Of a stretch of DNA of 64,000 nucleotides, positions 58,750 to 64,000 are shown one piece after another (position 1 is the stretch's first letter; each line of letters begins with the position of its first letter). The DNA is taken from positions 2,956 through 66,955 of the forward strand of contig CAZHEA010000007.1 in NCBI GenBank assembly GCA_964531165.1, written 5' to 3'. The translations under genes were made by a program, and so were the position numbers. A model generated the notes under the pieces. That model made no database searches and was not told where the DNA came from. It saw nothing but the letters and a program-made list of their open reading frames with translations. The stretch is from an uncultured Thiotrichaceae bacterium. GTDB lineage: Bacteria; Pseudomonadota; Gammaproteobacteria; SZUA-229.

Positions 58750-61467
58750 TCATAATGGTGAACCGATTAAGTCAAATACAGCATCTAGTAACGTATCGTC
58801 ATGAAAGCTGCCTTTTGTTAAGTAGTAATCGGCGCCAATTTCCAGCCCCATCTGTTTATCTTCCGGGCGATCTTTATAAGAAACCATCATCACTGGAATA
58901 TTACGGAATGTTGAATCATTTTTTATCAGGCGGATTAGCTCAAAGCCGTTCATGCGAGGCATATCTATATCAGATATTATCAGGTCATAGTTACCGCTTC
59001 GTATGGCATTCCATCCATCAACACCGTCAATGGCAATATCCACAAGGTAACCTCTGGATTCAAGTAGTTTCTTTTCTATCTCTCGTACTGTTAATGAATC
59101 ATCAACAACCAGTACGCGTTTATATGACTTATTATCAAGCTTGTTGTCTGTTCCAACTTTATATAAATCTCTACCGTTGATGATGTCCTGAATACTCTGC
59201 TGTAAATCGTCAATATCAAAAACTAATACCGGCTCCCCGTCATCGGTGATGGCAGCAGCACTGATGTCTTTTATCTTTCCTAGCTTTTTGTTTATCGTGC
59301 GTAGCGCCAGTCCTCTCTCGCCAATTATTTTATCGACTACCAGGCCATAGCTGATATTCCAGTCACCAATAATAATGATGGGTATTTGCTGGTTTTCGGT
59401 GGTACATTGTGAAATTTCTAGAATTTGAGCACAGTGAATGAGGCCGATATGTTTGTCATTTATCGTAATGTATTGCTTGTCTTCGAAAATACTGATGTCC
59501 TGCCGGTCAATTGTTACCAAACTTTGAATTTTAGCTAGTGGAAAGGCATAAAGCTCGTCATTGATACTGACCAGTAAACTGCGGATAACTGAAAGCGTCA
59601 GCGGCAGTTCCATACTTATTTGCATGCCCTGGTCTAATTCGGTGTCAGCATGCAGTTTGCCGCGCACGTCCTGCAGTGCACTGTGCACAATGTCCAGACC
59701 TACACCACGTCCTGAAATTTCAGTGACTTCATTGCGGGTTGAAAAAGACGGTAAAAATAAAAAGTCCAGTAACTCAGATTTAGATAAGTTATCAGCCATA
59801 CTCGAGCTGACCAGTTCTTTTTCTAAAATTTTATGGCGTAAATTTTCAATATCAACACCACGGCCATCGTCTTTTACCTGAATGCTTAAGCGACCGGACT
59901 GATGGCTGGCACTGACGGTAATCGTACCGGTTTCATCCTTGCCTTTCTGACGGCGCACCTCAGGCGTCTCAATTCCATGGTCGATTGCATTACGAATAAT
60001 ATGATTAAGTGGAGCATCAAGTTTTTCTAAAATTTCTCTATCAACAGGTGTATCTTCGCCCTTTATTTCAAGTTTAACTTTTTTATTTAACGAATTTGCT
60101 ATATCACGAATAAGGCGTTTATACCCCTGGGTACTATCACTGAATGGGCGCATTCGACTGGCTATGATTTCGAAGTTAATTTGTGAATTGATGCTGGATG
60201 AGCGTCGTTCAAAATTATCAATGCTAATCAGGTTCGATGTGATGTCATCTCGATATACCTGTGCATTATGTTGAATATGTGTAATTAGTTTGTTTTCAAG
60301 TTCAGAATGCCGGCCGTCATCAATAATGCTGCGCAAACGATCTATTTGAGACAGCATATCATTATGCTTTCGTTTAAGTACTAGCATTGACTCAGCGTAT
60401 TGGCGTATCCAGTTTGAAGAAACCGTGAGCTCACCGGCAAGACTGACTAGCTTGTTAATACGTTGAGTGCTGACGCGTACCATATTGTCAGTGTTGGCGC
60501 TCTTGTGCTCAGCGGGTTGATCATCGGTTGTTTGAGTTGAGTCTAAAGTAACTAGCTCAAAATCATTGTTATTTTGAATAAGGTCAAGATTGGTAATGAA
60601 TTGATTCAGGTAGTCGGTGCTGTCCTGAGTCCACTGAGCGATAGCCTGAGGCGCAATACTTTCAATTTGTTTTAACAGATCAACGCAGTTTAAAATTTGA
60701 TCGATAATTTTTTTATGTAGAACAATAGTATGCTGCTGCGCTACAACAAACACATCTTCCATGGCATGAGCGAGCTTAACGACTCCATCAATGCCTATCA
60801 TTCTCGCCGCTCCTTTTATAGAGTGTGCGGCACGCATCAATGCCTCTAGTTGTCCATCAATATGGTTAGTTGCTGATTCAATTTCCAGCAAATTGTAATT
60901 AATAAGCTCCAGGCTGTTATGTAACTCTGTGCAAAATAAGCCAAACATATCTACGTCGATTGATTCAGCAGTTGTAAAAAATAGCGGTTGAGCTATTTGT
61001 TTATCAGTTATATCGTGTTTAGCTTTCAGGGAGTCGGTATCTGTAGCGCTTAGCGTTAAGTTACTTGATAATTGGTCAAGATTGTCGATGCAGGTTTTTA
61101 TATGGTTAATGATGTTTTGTTCTGGTGTTGTAAGTTCAGCGGCTGATAACTGAGATAACTCGATAAACAGTTCGATGGTCTGATTGAGTGTTGTTGTATC
61201 AGATTGTTGCAATGGGTAAGTACCACTTTGCATGCTCGATAAAGTGCTTTCCAGCGACTTTATGAGAGGAAGAATAATATCGATATGTACAAGGTTAGCT
61301 GCGCCTTTAATGGCACGAATGTGGTTGATTATCAACTCATAGTCGTTTAACAGGTCATTGCTGTTATGCATGACCTGTAGAGTTTTGGTTATTTTATCTG
61401 ATTGAGTGATAACTTCAGACTTAAATAAATCCAGCATTGACTCATTAATTGTATTTTTTTTATTCAT
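58750..61467 (-). CDS. wspE: Hybrid chemosensory histidine kinase CheA-CheY (WspE-like)
   Basis: Hpt domains, an HATPase_c domain, a CheW-like domain and a C-terminal REC domain (VLVVDDSLTVRE...DIDMPRMNG). Confidence 0.8.
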   Translation of the reverse strand: MNKKNTINESMLDLFKSEVITQSDKITKTLQVMHNSNDLLNDYELIINHIRAIKGAANLVHIDIILPLIKSLESTLSSMQSGTYPLQQSDTTTLNQTIELFIELSQLSAAELTTPEQNIINHIKTCIDNLDQLSSNLTLSATDTDSLKAKHDITDKQIAQPLFFTTAESIDVDMFGLFCTELHNSLELINYNLLEIESATNHIDGQLEALMRAAHSIKGAARMIGIDGVVKLAHAMEDVFVVAQQHTIVLHKKIIDQILNCVDLLKQIESIAPQAIAQWTQDSTDYLNQFITNLDLIQNNNDFELVTLDSTQTTDDQPAEHKSANTDNMVRVSTQRINKLVSLAGELTVSSNWIRQYAESMLVLKRKHNDMLSQIDRLRSIIDDGRHSELENKLITHIQHNAQVYRDDITSNLISIDNFERRSSSINSQINFEIIASRMRPFSDSTQGYKRLIRDIANSLNKKVKLEIKGEDTPVDREILEKLDAPLNHIIRNAIDHGIETPEVRRQKGKDETGTITVSASHQSGRLSIQVKDDGRGVDIENLRHKILEKELVSSSMADNLSKSELLDFLFLPSFSTRNEVTEISGRGVGLDIVHSALQDVRGKLHADTELDQGMQISMELPLTLSVIRSLLVSINDELYAFPLAKIQSLVTIDRQDISIFEDKQYITINDKHIGLIHCAQILEISQCTTENQQIPIIIIGDWNISYGLVVDKIIGERGLALRTINKKLGKIKDISAAAITDDGEPVLVFDIDDLQQSIQDIINGRDLYKVGTDNKLDNKSYKRVLVVDDSLTVREIEKKLLESRGYLVDIAIDGVDGWNAIRSGNYDLIISDIDMPRMNGFELIRLIKNDSTFRNIPVMMVSYKDRPEDKQMGLEIGADYYLTKGSFHDDTLLDAVFDLIGSPL

Positions 61468-61482
61468 TAGTTTTATACATAT

Positions 61483-62142
61483 TTAAATATTTTTATGTAA
61501 AGCGCTAAAAACCAGATCGCTGTTCAGTATTCCGACGTCGGTGTTTTTATGACGAATGATGCCCTTTATAAAACAGGATGTGTTTTCGTTTATTGTAGAT
61601 GGTGTGGTTTGTATCTCATCTATATCGTAGTGAATGATTTCTTTTACTTCAGTTACCGGAAAAGCAAATGACTCACCGTCGTCCTCAATTACGATATATC
61701 TTTCATTGGTATATTTGCTGGATACCTCACTTTTGTTTATTTTAAATAAATAGCCAAGTGAAACATTAAGAATAAGCTCACCGTTAACGTTTACCAGTCC
61801 GCGTAGAACATTGTTGTTTATATGCGGTAGTGAATGATGTTTGTCACAATGAGTGATCTCTTTAACGAATTTTGATGGCAGTGCAAACCACTCATCACCC
61901 ATGCGAAAAACCAGTGCAGATTTAAGATCAATGTTCTTATCAAATCGTCGCTGCTCCAGATTGGCTTGCCATTCATCCAGATAGCTCTGTTCTGCTGGTC
62001 GGTCAAGAATTCGACTTCCAGCCTGACTAAAAATATCGCAGTTGTGACAATGTGTTAGTTCTTTTAGTCGTTCACAACGTGGTATCTGGTCTCCCCAAAC
62101 ACCTTTTTTATTCCAGCAGTCATCTATATTAATTGTAGTCAT
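61483..62142 (-). CDS. wspD: CheW-like coupling protein (WspD-like)
   Basis: CheW domain (FAFPVTEVKEIIHYD). It overlaps wspC by 4 nt. Confidence 0.7.
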   Translation of the reverse strand: MTTINIDDCWNKKGVWGDQIPRCERLKELTHCHNCDIFSQAGSRILDRPAEQSYLDEWQANLEQRRFDKNIDLKSALVFRMGDEWFALPSKFVKEITHCDKHHSLPHINNNVLRGLVNVNGELILNVSLGYLFKINKSEVSSKYTNERYIVIEDDGESFAFPVTEVKEIIHYDIDEIQTTPSTINENTSCFIKGIIRHKNTDVGILNSDLVFSALHKNI

Positions 62143-63407
62143 GTTTTATTTTCATTAGCAGTAAATACCCGATTTGCTCTTTGCTTGAGTAGTGCTGAGT
62201 TTTTTAAGTCACCAATGTCTTCCAGTAAAAGTGCGAGATACATTAGTGACTCATAGTGTTTCGGGTCAAGAAAAAGGCATTTTCTAAAATATGCCTCAGC
62301 ATTTTTTTTATCATCCTGCTGGCTGAAAACTAATCCAGACAAAAACAGCACGTCTGCATTCTCACCATTGGTTTTTATATAGAGTTGGCAGGCATCTTGT
62401 GCCTGTGAAAGCTTATCCGCATCAGCTAGACATTTTATGTCTGTTAATGATATGTTAAGAGCCCGCTGATTGCTTGATATAGTGTCTTTTTCAGTCTTTT
62501 GTATCAGCGACTCAAAGTTGACTTTTTTAACCGGAATTTTAATTTTGGGTTCAGGTTTGGAGTGGATTTCACCTTTAAGGTCTGTTGTTGGTGCATCTGT
62601 GAAATCAGGATGACTGTGCTTAATTAAGGCAAAGGCCTGCTCGCAGCCGGTGTTCTTAAATAGTTCTGTTGGTACAGCGCCAAATTCAGAGTGGCCTATA
62701 AATAGATAACCATCTGAGCTTAAAAAATCAGCAAGCTGATTGAATGCAATTTTTTTAGTGTCCATATCAAAATAGATCAATAAATTTCGACATAAAATAA
62801 AATCAAATTTATTATGTAATTCAGCATTTTTGTGTAAAATATTTAGACGATAAAATTTTACTTTCTCACGTATGCCCTGATTTATTTCATAGGTACTGCC
62901 ATTGTATTTAAAATGTACTTTTTGGTAACGAGGGTAATGTTTTCCGCGAAATGAATTATTTCCATATATACCCTGTTGTGCATGTTGTAATGCGCTGTTG
63001 CTGATATCAACGGCATCAATTTCAAATGTGGATTGAATAATGCCTTTGTCTATAAGAAACATAGCTAAAGAGTAGGGCTCTTCGCCAGTTGAACTCGGCA
63101 GGCTTAATATTTTAAATCGTTTTGACCTGTTTATTAATAATTGTTGTTGTATTTTATTATAGATTATTTCAAATGGACGAATGTCGCGAAAAAACCAGGT
63201 TTCTGGAATGACGGTGATTTCCAGTAATTCATTTAACTCATCTTTATTGTTATTTATCAGGCTTAAGTAATGCTCACAATCATCAATGCCACACTGGTGC
63301 ATACGCTGATGAATGATGCTTTCAATCGTATTGTCACCAATCGTACTGCTATCCAGTCCAATTTGGTTTTTAATAATCTGCTTGATTTTAGTGAGCGGCG
63401 TTCGCAT
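62139..63407 (-). CDS. wspC: Chemotaxis protein methyltransferase CheR with C-terminal TPR (WspC-like)
   Basis: CheR SAM-MTase core (ETWFFRD, ILSLPSSTGEEPYSLAM) and a C-terminal TPR. Confidence 0.75.
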   Translation of the reverse strand: MRTPLTKIKQIIKNQIGLDSSTIGDNTIESIIHQRMHQCGIDDCEHYLSLINNNKDELNELLEITVIPETWFFRDIRPFEIIYNKIQQQLLINRSKRFKILSLPSSTGEEPYSLAMFLIDKGIIQSTFEIDAVDISNSALQHAQQGIYGNNSFRGKHYPRYQKVHFKYNGSTYEINQGIREKVKFYRLNILHKNAELHNKFDFILCRNLLIYFDMDTKKIAFNQLADFLSSDGYLFIGHSEFGAVPTELFKNTGCEQAFALIKHSHPDFTDAPTTDLKGEIHSKPEPKIKIPVKKVNFESLIQKTEKDTISSNQRALNISLTDIKCLADADKLSQAQDACQLYIKTNGENADVLFLSGLVFSQQDDKKNAEAYFRKCLFLDPKHYESLMYLALLLEDIGDLKNSALLKQRANRVFTANENKT

Positions 63408-63418
63408 GTTTAAATGAT

Positions 63419-63874
63419 TTAAGTAAGCGGTTTACTTAGCTGATTACTAATTGCATCAGGTAAAATATGTTTTGTATTGATCAGTTGAATCAAATCATTA
63501 TTGTGTTTATATACCTGCCCAAGAAGATAGCTGTTTTCTGACTGAACACCGCTATCGGTTATTTTATTGACTTCGCATTTCATTACGTCGGTTACTCTTT
63601 CGGCAATTAAACCAATCGGGCGTGATTTATCAGACACGGTCTGATCATTGATAATAATGATGCGTGTACCTAAAGTATTGCTGCAGTAGCGACTTTCAAA
63701 TAGTTGGCATAAATCAATCACCGGAGTCGAGGTGCCGCGATAATTAAAGATACCTTTAATAGCTATTTCAGTTAATGGAACTTTTTTTAGTTTTATTAAC
63801 GGTACAACTTCGATGACGCGGGTGGCTTCAATGCCGTAGCGTTCTTCTCCGATATTGATTCCTAAAATAAGCAT
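63419..63874 (-). CDS. wspB: CheW-like coupling protein (WspB-like)
   Basis: 151-aa CheW domain (ILGINIGEERYGIEATRVIEVVPL). Confidence 0.7.
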   Translation of the reverse strand: MLILGINIGEERYGIEATRVIEVVPLIKLKKVPLTEIAIKGIFNYRGTSTPVIDLCQLFESRYCSNTLGTRIIIINDQTVSDKSRPIGLIAERVTDVMKCEVNKITDSGVQSENSYLLGQVYKHNNDLIQLINTKHILPDAISNQLSKPLT

Positions 63875-64000
63875 TAGTCGGTCACTTTAAAAGTGGAAAC
63901 CCCTTGTTGCAGGCCCCGTGCCGCCTCTTTTAACTGTTCTACAGACTGGCTCGATTGTTTTAGCGTCTCGGCGGTTTGCTGTGCCATTTCATTCAGTTGA
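63874..64000 (-). CDS. wspA: Methyl-accepting chemotaxis protein, 3' fragment (WspA-like), truncated by window edge
   Basis: Reverse-strand translation ends ..EQLKEAARGLQQGVSTFKVTD*. The TAA overlaps the wspB ATG (TAATG). It is a typical MCP C-terminus. Confidence 0.5.
   Translation of the reverse strand, partial: QLNEMAQQTAETLKQSSQSVEQLKEAARGLQQGVSTFKVTD

Overview
This is a 64 kb chromosomal window from a moderately AT-rich Gram-negative bacterium. The gene order is gammaproteobacterial-like: it carries E. coli/Pseudomonas-type blocks bcp-gcvR | dapA-bamC, xseB-ispA-dxs, radA, yfjD-ypjD | ffh, rpsP-rimM-trmD-rplS, htpG-hslR, glnK-amtB and pcnB-folK-dNK-panBCD. The organism is not identified; the taxonomic statement is inference from synteny only.

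The conserved housekeeping blocks are interrupted by accessory segments:
- A truncated-hemoglobin / Fd-FNR reductase / NsrR nitrosative-stress operon (about 160-2200).
- An ECF sigma / zinc-finger membrane anti-sigma / acidic His-Met-Asp repeat protein / TPR+beta-barrel outer-membrane (OM) protein cluster (3150-6480). The OM protein looks like a Slam/DUF560 (type 11 secretion) transporter.
- A porin / FMN-binding / PepSY-TM redox operon (10240-12850). Its likely flavin transferase ApbE is encoded distally at 47657-48547.
- A 5.6 kb insertion inside the gcvR|dapA divergent intergenic region (14425-19650). It encodes two OM beta-barrels, a DUF4136-like lipoprotein and a 746-aa secreted Tyr/Gly/Trp-rich low-complexity protein with a Q/R/N-rich basic tail.
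- A substrate-binding protein (SBP, PhnD-like) + methyl-accepting chemotaxis protein (MCP) + PstS::OmpA_C fusion cluster (28007-32082).
- An AT-rich secreted helical-repeat protein wedged between rplS and htpG, flanked by MITE-like hairpins.
- A complete Wsp-like chemosensory/diguanylate-cyclase operon (56627 to the window end; wspA is truncated by the window edge).

Three families of dispersed short repeats mark most of these junctions. One is a nested-TIR MITE-like element around a GGGGTCGGAGTCAAATTT core. One is a ~35-bp REP-like element (CCTCTCTTAGAAAAAGAGGGGCYGGGGGAGATTT). One is a ~125-bp element with TTGTCCGCGAATGAACGC termini.

No rRNA, tRNA, CRISPR array or obvious transposase/integrase gene was found. 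All functional calls rest on motifs and family resemblance read by eye from the six-frame translations. No database search or computation was run.
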